Virus record (IMG/VR): IMGVR_UViG_3300028653_000011
Source: a virus
Lineage: Duplodnaviria > Heunggongvirae > Uroviricota > Caudoviricetes
DNA: 64,000 nt
Reading direction: 5' to 3' (one strand)
Shown here: positions 36,191-44,690 of the stretch, piece after piece
How positions within the stretch are numbered: the first letter of the stretch is position 1
Layout of the letters: every line of letters starts with the position of its first letter
Translations under genes and position numbers: made by a program
The notes under the pieces: generated by a model
What the model was told of the DNA's origin: nothing
Database searches by the model: none
What the model saw: only the letters and a program-made list of their open reading frames with translations

Positions 36191-36379
36191 TCAACGGCCG
36201 CAGAACAGGCCTTCTCGCTGCATTGCTGCCAGGCAACGGTCGACAGCACCGGGCTCGCCGCCACGCTTGTTGGCCTCCTCGAGACGCTCGGCACAGCGTT
36301 GGAGGTGTTGTGCCTTGATGCCGTTGAGCAGGCCCGTCACCCACCACTTGTTGATGAGTTCAGATCGTTCTGTTGTCAT
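36191..36379 (-). CDS. Small hypothetical protein (KWxxTGLLxG motif)
   Basis: Starts 1 nt after the tRNA; MTTERSELINKWWVTGLLNGI. Confidence 0.55.
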   Translation of the reverse strand: MTTERSELINKWWVTGLLNGIKAQHLQRCAERLEEANKRGGEPGAVDRCLAAMQREGLFCGR

Positions 36380-36380
36380 G

Positions 36381-36452
36381 CGCTCCCGGAGGGATTCGGA
36401 CCCTCGCACATCCGGTTGAAATCGGACTGCTCTGCCACTGAGCTACGGGAGC
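36381..36452 (-). tRNA. tRNA with 8-nt anticodon loop ATTTCAAC (UUCA / UCA; identity undetermined)
   Basis: GCTCCCG/CGGGAGC-G; GCTC-AGTGGCA-GAGC; GTCCG-ATTTCAAC-CGGAT; GAGGG-TCCGAAT-CCCTC. Confidence 0.8.
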
Positions 36453-36458
36453 AGTGAT

Positions 36459-36872
36459 CTATGGCTTTCGAACGATGAGACTTGCTCGCGCCGCATTGCG
36501 CCGGAGGAGCTCTGCATAGAACTCCTTCTTCTGTGATCGCCATTCATCTAGATAGACGCGCTCTTCTGCAGGACGCCATGGGTTGACGTCCTCACCCGGT
36601 GATATGTAGTCGCTGGTCGTCGGTGGGTGCTTGAACTGCGCGAACAACCAGTCGAGGCACCACTCGCACAGCGAGAAGGTGTATGACGTCGAGTCGTCGA
36701 GTGCGCCACAGCCATTGCCCGGCGTCGAGTCGTAGCCCCCACTGACGGTGCAGTTGATGAGGCCCATGGGTGATAGGGCATTGTCGGCGTGGTGCGGTGC
36801 CGCGCAGGCTTCCCCACACAGGTTGCAGGGAGGTAGGGGCTTGGTGGGCAGCAGTTGTTTGTCGTCGCTCAT
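36459..36872 (-). CDS. Hypothetical zinc-binding protein
   Basis: CNLCG, GGYDS, FSLCEWC. Confidence 0.7.
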   Translation of the reverse strand: MSDDKQLLPTKPLPPCNLCGEACAAPHHADNALSPMGLINCTVSGGYDSTPGNGCGALDDSTSYTFSLCEWCLDWLFAQFKHPPTTSDYISPGEDVNPWRPAEERVYLDEWRSQKKEFYAELLRRNAARASLIVRKP

Positions 36873-37288
36873 TCGTAAAGTCCATATCCCCCGATGTTGA
36901 TGTTCGGGCTTTCGTCTTCAGTGACCTTGTACTTGAAGTCAGGATTGCCTAATTGGGCGATGCGAAGCCAGAGCTCGGCGAACGCCCCACCGTTGTAGTC
37001 AAACGAGAGGTTCTCATCAAGCACCTCGACGAAGTCATTGGGATCGATACCTGCCGCCTTGAGCTTCTCAGCAATTTCGGCAGGCATTGCCATGTCTTCA
37101 TAGTCAGCACACACATCGTCGGTCAAGTTGAACCCGACCTTCTCACAACCCTTCTTGTACGCCTTCACGACGTCCTTCTTCTCGAGGTTGCTGATGATGG
37201 TCACAGTATCAGTCCTGGAGTGACCATCGTGTGAATAATCACCCAACACTAGGTTGATCGTGTGCTGTAATTCCGGGTCCTTGCTCAC
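36869..37288 (-). CDS. Phage hypothetical protein
   Basis: LGDYSHDGH, CADYED, IGGYGLY; GTGA-coupled. Confidence 0.75.
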   Translation of the reverse strand: MSKDPELQHTINLVLGDYSHDGHSRTDTVTIISNLEKKDVVKAYKKGCEKVGFNLTDDVCADYEDMAMPAEIAEKLKAAGIDPNDFVEVLDENLSFDYNGGAFAELWLRIAQLGNPDFKYKVTEDESPNINIGGYGLYE

Positions 37289-37632
37289 GCCAGCTCCTTC
37301 AGGGCCAGCGGCAGGCCCCTGCACAGTTCGACCGCCTTCGGGTGAGGTTCGATCGCAATGGCGGTGATCTCGCCACCCACATCGGGCTCCCGAAACACCG
37401 ACCACCTGAGGCCGTGATCCTTGGCCCGAGCGATCAGCCGCATCAGCTCGACCTCGTCGTCGACCGACAGCCACGCCAAGAAGTTAGAGTTGGTGAACCA
37501 CTCGGCATCGAGGTCGGGATGGTCAGCGGTGAACTGGCGCAGGGCGTGCTGCGACTGCACCCCTTGGTAACCGGGAGCGATGTCCCTCCGGGTGACGACG
37601 AACAACTTATCGCCTTCCTTGATGGCAGTCAC
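37285..37632 (-). CDS. Pth2-like peptidyl-tRNA hydrolase
   Basis: KLFVVTRRDI-PGYQ-VQ-HA, W, FREPD-GEITAIA, LPLAL; GTGA-coupled to the upstream ORF. Confidence 0.8.
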   Translation of the reverse strand: MTAIKEGDKLFVVTRRDIAPGYQGVQSQHALRQFTADHPDLDAEWFTNSNFLAWLSVDDEVELMRLIARAKDHGLRWSVFREPDVGGEITAIAIEPHPKAVELCRGLPLALKELA

Positions 37633-38288
37633 CTTGCTGCTCCCATGATTTTTTCGAGCAGCCTCACGACGCTCTGGCCGACGCTTTGATATGGTGTAGT
37701 CGCTGTTCGATCGGAGGTAGACTGAGGAGTCTGCGCGAGACACGGGGTTGGCTGCATAGGCGGCGGTGTCGCGGGCGACATTGCAGACGACGCAATCACA
37801 GTTAGGACGGTGGGCTTTTGCGAAGCGGGCAGCGAGCCCGCGGTCAATGATGCAGTCATCGCAGTCGCACTCGGCGAGGTGGAAGCCGGGAACTTTTCGA
37901 TGACCCACTGGGGTGGCTTGGTGCCGCCCTGCTTCACCCACCTGCCCACGCCCCCGTCGAGCAGTTGCTTGACCATCTCGAGGTCGTACCTCACGTACCC
38001 TCTTTTTGAGTCCCACATGTTGTGTTGGTTGATGATGTCGAGCACGTACTGTGCTTTTGGCTTGTTGTTTGCTGCGCATTGTTCAATGTTGTAGTAGGGG
38101 ACGCCTCGGAGAAAGCCATAGGCGATCAGGTGATGTCGACAGTGAACGCCCAACGCTCGCTTGGTGTTCCACAGGTCGTTCTTGCGTTTGCCTGCAGCCT
38201 TGTGAATGCGTGATGAGATGGTGAAACCCGTGGCTTGAAGACCACGAATTTTGGCCCGTAGGACTTGGAGACCGATGTGATGTGCCAT
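37629..38288 (-). CDS. Hypothetical protein (RHHLIAYGFLRGxPYxxIE motif)
   Basis: Basic N-terminal domain, GAGG RBS, low-complexity C-terminus. Confidence 0.75.
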   Translation of the reverse strand: MAHHIGLQVLRAKIRGLQATGFTISSRIHKAAGKRKNDLWNTKRALGVHCRHHLIAYGFLRGVPYYNIEQCAANNKPKAQYVLDIINQHNMWDSKRGYVRYDLEMVKQLLDGGVGRWVKQGGTKPPQWVIEKFPASTSPSATAMTASLTAGSLPASQKPTVLTVIASSAMSPATPPPMQPTPCLAQTPQSTSDRTATTPYQSVGQSVVRLLEKIMGAAR

Positions 38289-38291
38289 GAT

Positions 38292-38450
38292 GTGAACCTC
38301 TTGTTTGAACTCTCGAGTGACGGTGCTTCAACGTGTGAGTTGGAGAAACCGTCCCGAGGGAGGTCCACGTGCCCTAGGTGCCGCGCATTCAGCCGCCGAG
38401 CGTGGCGCTACGTCGTGTCTTGATACCCATCTTCATGTGAATAACTATAC
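38292..38450 (-). promoter_or_regulatory. Leader-peptide translational attenuator (uORF, RGPP motif, anti-SD hairpin)
   Basis: TATAGT-7nt-ATG(38436); GTGGACCTC (38368-38360) pairs with GAGGTTCAC (38300-38292, contains the SD); inner stem GACGGT/ACCGTC. Confidence 0.65.
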
Positions 38451-38452
38451 GG

Positions 38453-39019
38453 TCAACGGTGTTGATGTACAGGTCCGCTAATGCTGATGATGTCGGAGCG
38501 AAAAGCGCCGTCAGCTAGCGGTGGATCACGGTCATTGCTGCGCTTCAACTCGTCCTTGAGCCACTGCCAACCGTGCAACTGCACCACGGGTTCATACGGG
38601 CTGGGGTCGAGGATCAGGTAGCCCCGCCGATCGCGTGCTAGGCAGGCGATCCAGTGGCCCCCACCGTCGGCACCGTTGACATTGAAGATCAGCGCCTCAC
38701 CCCGGGCCAACGCCTCGTCGATGTGACGTTTGGCACCGGCAATGGTGGGTACAATGACGTAGTGGGCTCCAACGTTCAGCCTCATCGCCGCGAGCTCCAG
38801 GTGACGGTTGGTGGTACCCCGGCGGGTGGCCATGGCATGCCGTGCCACTTCATAGGGGTCGATGTCAACGCCCCACTTCAACAGGCAGTAGCGCAGCGAC
38901 CAGGGCCCACATCCCCACTTGTTGGGCTGGGGCTTGATGACGTGGCCGGCGATGCGGAGCGGCTTCTCGGGAGTGCCGCCACCGACGTGGTCGTACAGCT
39001 CCACGATGAAGGCGTTCAT
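38453..39019 (-). CDS. C39-like (papain-fold) cysteine peptidase
   Basis: QPNKWGCGP, HWI, ILDPS give a Q-C-H-D pattern. Confidence 0.75.
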   Translation of the reverse strand: MNAFIVELYDHVGGGTPEKPLRIAGHVIKPQPNKWGCGPWSLRYCLLKWGVDIDPYEVARHAMATRRGTTNRHLELAAMRLNVGAHYVIVPTIAGAKRHIDEALARGEALIFNVNGADGGGHWIACLARDRRGYLILDPSPYEPVVQLHGWQWLKDELKRSNDRDPPLADGAFRSDIISISGPVHQHR

Positions 39020-39846
39020 CAGACAATGCTCCGCATCCAGGGTGGCGGAGGATCGATGCGGGCCCCGGCGAAATATGTCGCGGGAGAGCTGATCATCTTC
39101 GTCATCATGCCGCACAGTTCGTTGTCGATCTGACACGAGTACAGGCCGTTCTGCAACTCCTGCGCGCTGTACGTCGCCTGCCTGACGTGGTGACGGGCAT
39201 TGCAGAGGTCGAAGTCGGCGTAGTGAATGTGGAAGTTGTAGAGGCGCTTGGCGTCGCCCTGTTGGTCGCCCCCACCCATGATGCGTTTGCCCCCGTTGAC
39301 GCCGACGAGGTCGTGCCAGCCGCGCCCCCACGTGGGCACCACCTTCCATAGGAAGGAGTTATCGAACTGTGGGCACCTGATGAAGGTGCTGCGCTGTGCC
39401 AGCAGCTTGCCACGGGCCGGGTCAAAGGCGGGCTCGGTGAGGGTGTTGTGGGTGACGTTGTAGCACGTCAGGAAGCGGTAGGGGTCGACACTGTTCTGCA
39501 CGAAATCATCGACGTACTTACCGAGGTCACAAGCGTGTTGGGGGCCGGGCACGATGACGTCGTCGGGCGACTCGCCGAACAGCACACAGTCATAGTCCTC
39601 GAGCAGGCGAGCGATGATGTTGACGATGTAGACGTTGTTCTTGCCGAATTCGACGGCTCCCGGAGCGACGACGGTCAGGCTGACACCGGCCTGCGTGCAC
39701 AGGTCGTTGGTAGCGTCGAGCGAGCCGTCGGAGTGGACGTGGAGGTCGCGGGGTTCGAAGAATTGCGAGTAGTGTGGAAGCCAGAATCGCTCGAGGAACA
39801 GTGCCTCCGACTTGACCTTGGCGAGCACAGCACAGCGTCGTTTCAT
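39019..39846 (-). CDS. GT2-like glycosyltransferase
   Basis: SEALFLERFWLPHY and PDD pattern similar to ORF 55801. Confidence 0.6.
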   Translation of the reverse strand: MKRRCAVLAKVKSEALFLERFWLPHYSQFFEPRDLHVHSDGSLDATNDLCTQAGVSLTVVAPGAVEFGKNNVYIVNIIARLLEDYDCVLFGESPDDVIVPGPQHACDLGKYVDDFVQNSVDPYRFLTCYNVTHNTLTEPAFDPARGKLLAQRSTFIRCPQFDNSFLWKVVPTWGRGWHDLVGVNGGKRIMGGGDQQGDAKRLYNFHIHYADFDLCNARHHVRQATYSAQELQNGLYSCQIDNELCGMMTKMISSPATYFAGARIDPPPPWMRSIV

Positions 39847-40517
39847 GGGGCCTCCTTGTTGGCGCGATCGAGGTCAGCGACGGTGTCGATCGCCGTCCAC
39901 TTGGTCGGAAACACCGACGATACCTGCAACGCCCAGTGGTTGATCAGTTCCCGCCACACGTCGTAGAAGTCGGCAGAGCGCCATGTCAGCGCCTTGACGC
40001 GGGCCGGATTGATGATCTGAATGCCCGAGCAATAGACGTCGGTCGGTTCGGTGCGGCTGATCTTGCTCACGTAACCGGGAGTGTCATGGAAGATGTAGTC
40101 GCCCGCTAGGCCCTCGACGGGCCGCGCCGGCACCAACATGCACAGTGGCTGGCCCCGGCGAAAGTAGTCGATCTCCAACTCGGGTAGGTTGATGTCGGTG
40201 ACGTTGTCGCACGTCAACACCAGGGTGGGTTCGTCGAGGTAACCCAGAACGCTGTTGTGAATCCACCACGAGTTGGAGTGACCCGCAGTATTGACGACGG
40301 AGCTGATGCCCATGTCGATGACGTAGCGGCCCACCTCGCCCCCGCGGTAGCCTACGGTGACATGGACATTGGGCACCTGCTGCTTCACCTTGGCAATGCC
40401 GTGCCCAATCAAGGTGGTGTCGAGGTAGGGTGCCATGGGCTTGGCGGTGTGCTGCGTCAACGGCATCATCCGCTGGCCCCGACCCGCTGCCATGATGACG
40501 ACGTGGTTGATCTTCAC
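39843..40517 (-). CDS. Sugar-phosphate nucleotidyltransferase (NTP_transferase)
   Basis: IMAAGRGQRMMPLT-KP. Confidence 0.88.
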   Translation of the reverse strand: MKINHVVIMAAGRGQRMMPLTQHTAKPMAPYLDTTLIGHGIAKVKQQVPNVHVTVGYRGGEVGRYVIDMGISSVVNTAGHSNSWWIHNSVLGYLDEPTLVLTCDNVTDINLPELEIDYFRRGQPLCMLVPARPVEGLAGDYIFHDTPGYVSKISRTEPTDVYCSGIQIINPARVKALTWRSADFYDVWRELINHWALQVSSVFPTKWTAIDTVADLDRANKEAP

Positions 40518-41458
40518 GGTAGCGCCGGTTGGTCGGTGAGCAGGGTGCGAATCTCGGCATGTGTCAACTTCACTGCGTTGGCCGACGAAGGGGCATGGAC
40601 CAGCGGAAAGCCGGTGGGCGGTACGTGCAAGCCGATGACGTAGTACTTGCGAGCGTCCAAGATGACTTCACGGGCCCGTGACAGCTCAACATCATTGACC
40701 AAGCATTCATCGTCAGCATCGCCTGGCCGCGATTCTCCTTGCACCCAAGCACCTCCGAATAGTTCCGTCCATACGTTGAGTACGTCGCAGACCTGCGCTG
40801 CCTTCATAGGCTGCGACAACACGGTTCCACGCAGTTGTTCAATGTGACCGATGCAGGTAGTGACCAAGTTGACGGCATCGTCAACGGTGAAGAAGAAGCG
40901 ACGCATCTTGGGACCTGTCGACACTACGTTGGCACCCATCGCTCGCCACGCGTGAAAAACCGATCCCGTCGACCATACCACGTTGCCGTACCGTACACAG
41001 GCAAAACGGGTCGGCGTCGGGTGCGTGTCAAGGCCACAAAACAACCGTTCCATAGCCGCTTTTGACAGGCCGTAGGTGCTAGTGAGTGGCCGCGACGCTT
41101 TGTCAGTTGACACTCCGATGACCAATTCGGTGCCGAAGTTGAGCGCAGTCCGTGCGACGTTCTGTGAACCCACGATGTTGACGTCTAAGCACTCCAACGG
41201 ATGACGTTCTGACCAATCGACGTACTTGGTCGCCGCCGCATGTATGACGATGTTAGGTTTGATCTCATTGAAAACGTCACGAACCGAGTTGACATTGACG
41301 ACGTCGAGTGGGTAGGCATCGCAGCCCGTCTGGCCTTCGGCCTTGCGTAGAGCCGCATTGTTACGACTGCCCAACACCACGTGATAATGGTCCTTCAAGG
41401 CCATGGCAAGGTTCCTGCCCAGGAACCCTGATCCACCGGTGATGAGGAGAGTCTTCAT
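40514..41458 (-). CDS. UDP-GlcNAc 4,6-dehydratase-like (PseB/CapD family), copy 2
   Basis: ITGGSGFLG, HAAATK, STDKA, YGLSKA, VRYGNV-STGSV. Confidence 0.88.
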   Translation of the reverse strand: MKTLLITGGSGFLGRNLAMALKDHYHVVLGSRNNAALRKAEGQTGCDAYPLDVVNVNSVRDVFNEIKPNIVIHAAATKYVDWSERHPLECLDVNIVGSQNVARTALNFGTELVIGVSTDKASRPLTSTYGLSKAAMERLFCGLDTHPTPTRFACVRYGNVVWSTGSVFHAWRAMGANVVSTGPKMRRFFFTVDDAVNLVTTCIGHIEQLRGTVLSQPMKAAQVCDVLNVWTELFGGAWVQGESRPGDADDECLVNDVELSRAREVILDARKYYVIGLHVPPTGFPLVHAPSSANAVKLTHAEIRTLLTDQPALP

Positions 41459-41489
41459 ACACCAACCATACTACTCGAACACGTGGTGT

Positions 41490-42080
41490 TTAAGGGCGAC
41501 CCACCAACACGTAGGGATGTGCAGCGTCGCCCTGTTCGAGCAACCGCAGGCCATTCGCCAACAAGAATGGAATGGCGGTACCGCCCTTGCCTTCATAGGT
41601 GCCGTCGGCACCCGGGTGGGTGTCATCGAAGAGGACGAAGGCCGTCGTGTGCAGCTTAGGGAGCAATGCCTGCGCCTGCTTCAGGTGGGCGAGCTGTGAA
41701 TTGACGTTGGTGCGTTCAATGCCGTGGACGTCGCGGTAGCGTGCGGCTTGAGCCAGCACCTTGGGTACGTTCTCGACGCCAGGAGAACACCAGTCGAAGT
41801 TGTCGAGGTAGGCAAAGGCGATGGGCTTGCCGGTGAACAGCGTCAGGAAGTCCTCACCCTTCGCACAGACGGCGTTGGTAGTCAGCGTCTTGCCCCACGT
41901 GACGACGACAGGATCGAGGTCACAGGTATAGAAGTCGATGCCGCGTGCTTTGCAGAAGGCGTCGAGGTAGCGAGTGGAGCCCTCACCGCGACCCTGGTGC
42001 TCAGTGCCGATCTCGATGACAGAGACGCCAGTGATGTTGGCGAGGCACTCATCGATGAGTGTGAATTTAGCAGCTCCCAT
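41490..42080 (-). CDS. Class I SAM methyltransferase-like protein
   Basis: VIEIGT, YLDNFD, LFDDT, GKG. Confidence 0.7.
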   Translation of the reverse strand: MGAAKFTLIDECLANITGVSVIEIGTEHQGRGEGSTRYLDAFCKARGIDFYTCDLDPVVVTWGKTLTTNAVCAKGEDFLTLFTGKPIAFAYLDNFDWCSPGVENVPKVLAQAARYRDVHGIERTNVNSQLAHLKQAQALLPKLHTTAFVLFDDTHPGADGTYEGKGGTAIPFLLANGLRLLEQGDAAHPYVLVGRP

Positions 42081-42402
42081 CGTCGCTCCACAACAACAAG
42101 AGCCGTCCACGCGCTTTTGAGGCACAATCGGCATACACTCGTTGTGGATCACTGTCTCGAGACCCAACAACCGCAGTGACAGCGATGCAACTGGGTCGAG
42201 ATTCACTGCTTAAGCCCGGGTGAGCATAGTTGGCAATGTCACTGATTACCTGCAATGTTTGCACGTCGTCATTAGCAATGTGCAACACAACCTCAACACG
42301 TGACCTATCCGTGCACGCATTGCAGAGCCCATACAGTGACTTCAACAGTTGTTGAGGACGGTCACGAGTGGGCACTATGAGGGAGACTTGAGGTGTGTTC
42401 AT
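42067..42402 (-). pseudogene. Truncated GT2 glycosyltransferase (N-terminal half)
   Basis: VSLIVPTRDR to GRLLLLWSDD, then stop; paralog of ORFs 45326 and 60785. Confidence 0.6.
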
Positions 42403-42474
42403 TGTAGCTCCAGACATCAGTTCAATCCTACTCTAACACACGTGATTGATCAAGTGACATCTTTTAACGGCAAA

Positions 42475-42500
42475 TGCCCGATCCCTTTCGAGATCGGGCA
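42475..42500 (-). terminator. Hairpin terminator after the lipoprotein gene
   Basis: TGCCCGATC-N8-GATCGGGCA followed by TTT on the - strand. Confidence 0.65.
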
Positions 42501-42521
42501 CACCGAGACAAGTCGTTGAGT

Positions 42522-43646
42522 TTAGTTGCAGAGTGGTTGAAATGGGCCACCCGTGCCCGTGATGATCAGTGCGAGGCCGTTAGCACTATACGTGAACACG
42601 TAACCACCAGATGAAACAGGACACTGGTAATCAAGGGGATTCGCATCGTTCGAATTGTAGCTGCACGTAGTGCAGTTGGTGATGCCACCAACAGTGGCAC
42701 ATACTTGCCCGTTGTTGATGGTATATGTCCATGGACCACCGGTCCATGCCGTGCCAGTCTGATACACGTTCGATACATCCATGGTGTGATCACATGACAC
42801 AGGCGTGTATGAAGCGTCTACCGTCACCTCGTTAAAGGTGAAGGTGAACGTCTGGTACGCGGGCACCCCCGACACCACGTTCTGGAGAATGACAGTCGAC
42901 GTCCATGGCAACCCGCCACCAATCAGTGCCGATGCAGGAAGGGTGCCCGCGAAGGATGCGGACGTTCCCGTGTTGAAAGCGTAGTCGTCTTGCGCGAAGG
43001 TGCCGACGGACAACTGTGTCACGACGTAAAGTTGCGCCGGTGTGGAGCCGTCAGTGAAGACGGCGTTGCCGATCAATTGTATGACGCCGCCGTCGATGGC
43101 CTGTTCACTGATCGACGAGGTGTCGACGGTGTAGTCAGGGGCGAGGACGGCAGTCGACGACGAGGTGCTCGACACCACGACGTTGTTGATGTTGACGGTG
43201 TCAGTCACCGTCGTCGGGTTGGAGCTATAGACGATGGTCACCGTGAAGTCGTTCGAGAAAGTCGACTCCGACAATTCGGCGTTGGCATCGAAGGCGCCGA
43301 ACGACACCGGAGATGACAGGAACGAGGCACCGAGTGAAATGTTGCCGGCATAATAGTTACTGCCGTCGTAGAGGTAGGTGATCGTCAGTGAACATGACGG
43401 GTCGTTGAGCTCGACCGACAGCGTCGCCGGGACGACGGATGACACTTCGAGGGGCAGTGACCACTGACCTGAACGAGCGGCACAGCCGACATAGTTGCCG
43501 TAGACGGCGTCGAGGGTGATGTGGCTCGGACCAGTGCTGTCGGCAGAAGCGATTGCGTGAACGACTTCGGCATGCGAGTTTGGCCCACAGGCGGCGAGCA
43601 CCGCCACGAGGGTGAAGAGGATGACTTGCTTGATCGAGTTCGACAT
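42522..43646 (-). CDS. Surface lipoprotein, S/T-rich beta protein
   Basis: Lipobox LAA-C; GGAG RBS; own promoter GTGAAA-N18-TAGGAT and own terminator. Confidence 0.75.
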   Translation of the reverse strand: MSNSIKQVILFTLVAVLAACGPNSHAEVVHAIASADSTGPSHITLDAVYGNYVGCAARSGQWSLPLEVSSVVPATLSVELNDPSCSLTITYLYDGSNYYAGNISLGASFLSSPVSFGAFDANAELSESTFSNDFTVTIVYSSNPTTVTDTVNINNVVVSSTSSSTAVLAPDYTVDTSSISEQAIDGGVIQLIGNAVFTDGSTPAQLYVVTQLSVGTFAQDDYAFNTGTSASFAGTLPASALIGGGLPWTSTVILQNVVSGVPAYQTFTFTFNEVTVDASYTPVSCDHTMDVSNVYQTGTAWTGGPWTYTINNGQVCATVGGITNCTTCSYNSNDANPLDYQCPVSSGGYVFTYSANGLALIITGTGGPFQPLCN

Positions 43647-43726
43647 GATGAGTGGCTCCTTGGGGGACGTGAGGGCAATCCTCACCTTTCCCGAGCACCC
43701 ATCCTACCTCAAACAGTCGCTAGTTT

Positions 43727-44683
43727 TCACTGCTTCTTGCTCACCGCTCGACCCGCCATTTTCTCCCAATCACGGTGTTCTTCAGGAATCACTTCGAGGT
43801 TTTTCCGCCACACCGCTTCCATGACAATTGGCTTGACATCATGCTGCTTTGCGACAGCAATGAGGGCATTCAGATCCTTCGGGAAACAATGCCCGCGTGC
43901 GCCAGGAATGCCATCATGACCTGGTGTGTCCATGTGTGTGCTACCCAGACGCTTGTCATACTTTGCATACTCAACAACTTTGTCAACATCAACATCAAGC
44001 CCGCTTTTATCAAGTGCATTGCAAATCTGCGCAAGTTCACAACTCAAGACGACGCGCACTGCCAAGTGAATGTTGGTATAGTACTTGACAAGTTCGCTGG
44101 TAGTGCTCGATGTCTTGATGATGGGCACGTTCGGGAAAGTTGACTGAAAGATCCGTTTGACGTCGTTGATCCAGGGTCGTGGTCCGCCCAAGACAATGCG
44201 ACTTTGATTACGCATGTCATTGAGTGCATTGGCCTCGGTCAAAAACTCCGGACAGTGAATCACGTGGAGGCCCGTGCCCTCGAATTGCTTGTTCCACCGC
44301 TCCGTCGACCCGGGCGGCACCGTCGACTTGATGACAGCAATGCGGTCGACACCACCTGCAACCGCTAGTTCTTTCAGCGCTCCCTCGACGATTGATGTAT
44401 CACAGCTACCATCTTCATACATCGGCGTCGGCACGCAGACGAAGTAGACGTGTGAGAAACCGTCGATGCGACTGCACGACTGCACCAGCTCGTTGACCGA
44501 CCTGACGTCTTCCGCGCTGCAATCACCAGCCATCCGGGTGATTCGCGCTGGTGTTGCCCCGTGGGCCAACTTGCCCGCCTTATCGTAGACGTAGGCGGTG
44601 AGGCCCCGTTCGGCCAACACAGTCGTCAATGAACCCCCAACGAAACCTTGCCCAATTACCGCAACGCTCTTCGCACTCTTCAT
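43727..44683 (-). CDS. UDP-glucose/GDP-mannose dehydrogenase family, short form
   Basis: IGQGFVG, CVPTP, IKSTVPPG, PEFL, GHCFPKD; lacks the C-terminal UDP-binding domain. Confidence 0.88.
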   Translation of the reverse strand: MKSAKSVAVIGQGFVGGSLTTVLAERGLTAYVYDKAGKLAHGATPARITRMAGDCSAEDVRSVNELVQSCSRIDGFSHVYFVCVPTPMYEDGSCDTSIVEGALKELAVAGGVDRIAVIKSTVPPGSTERWNKQFEGTGLHVIHCPEFLTEANALNDMRNQSRIVLGGPRPWINDVKRIFQSTFPNVPIIKTSSTTSELVKYYTNIHLAVRVVLSCELAQICNALDKSGLDVDVDKVVEYAKYDKRLGSTHMDTPGHDGIPGARGHCFPKDLNALIAVAKQHDVKPIVMEAVWRKNLEVIPEEHRDWEKMAGRAVSKKQ

Positions 44684-44690
44684 GCGACGA

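Noticed and set aside
36381-36452. Selenocysteine tRNA, or genome-wide UGA reassignment
   Set aside because: No long variable arm or extended acceptor; many genes end cleanly in TGA with ATGA/GTGA overlaps, so code 11 fits
37633-38079. Long N-terminal extension of the Pth2-like ORF (track 37285..38079)
   Set aside because: Overlaps ORF 37629..38288 in another frame; the GTGA-coupled start at 37632 gives a normal-sized Pth2-like domain
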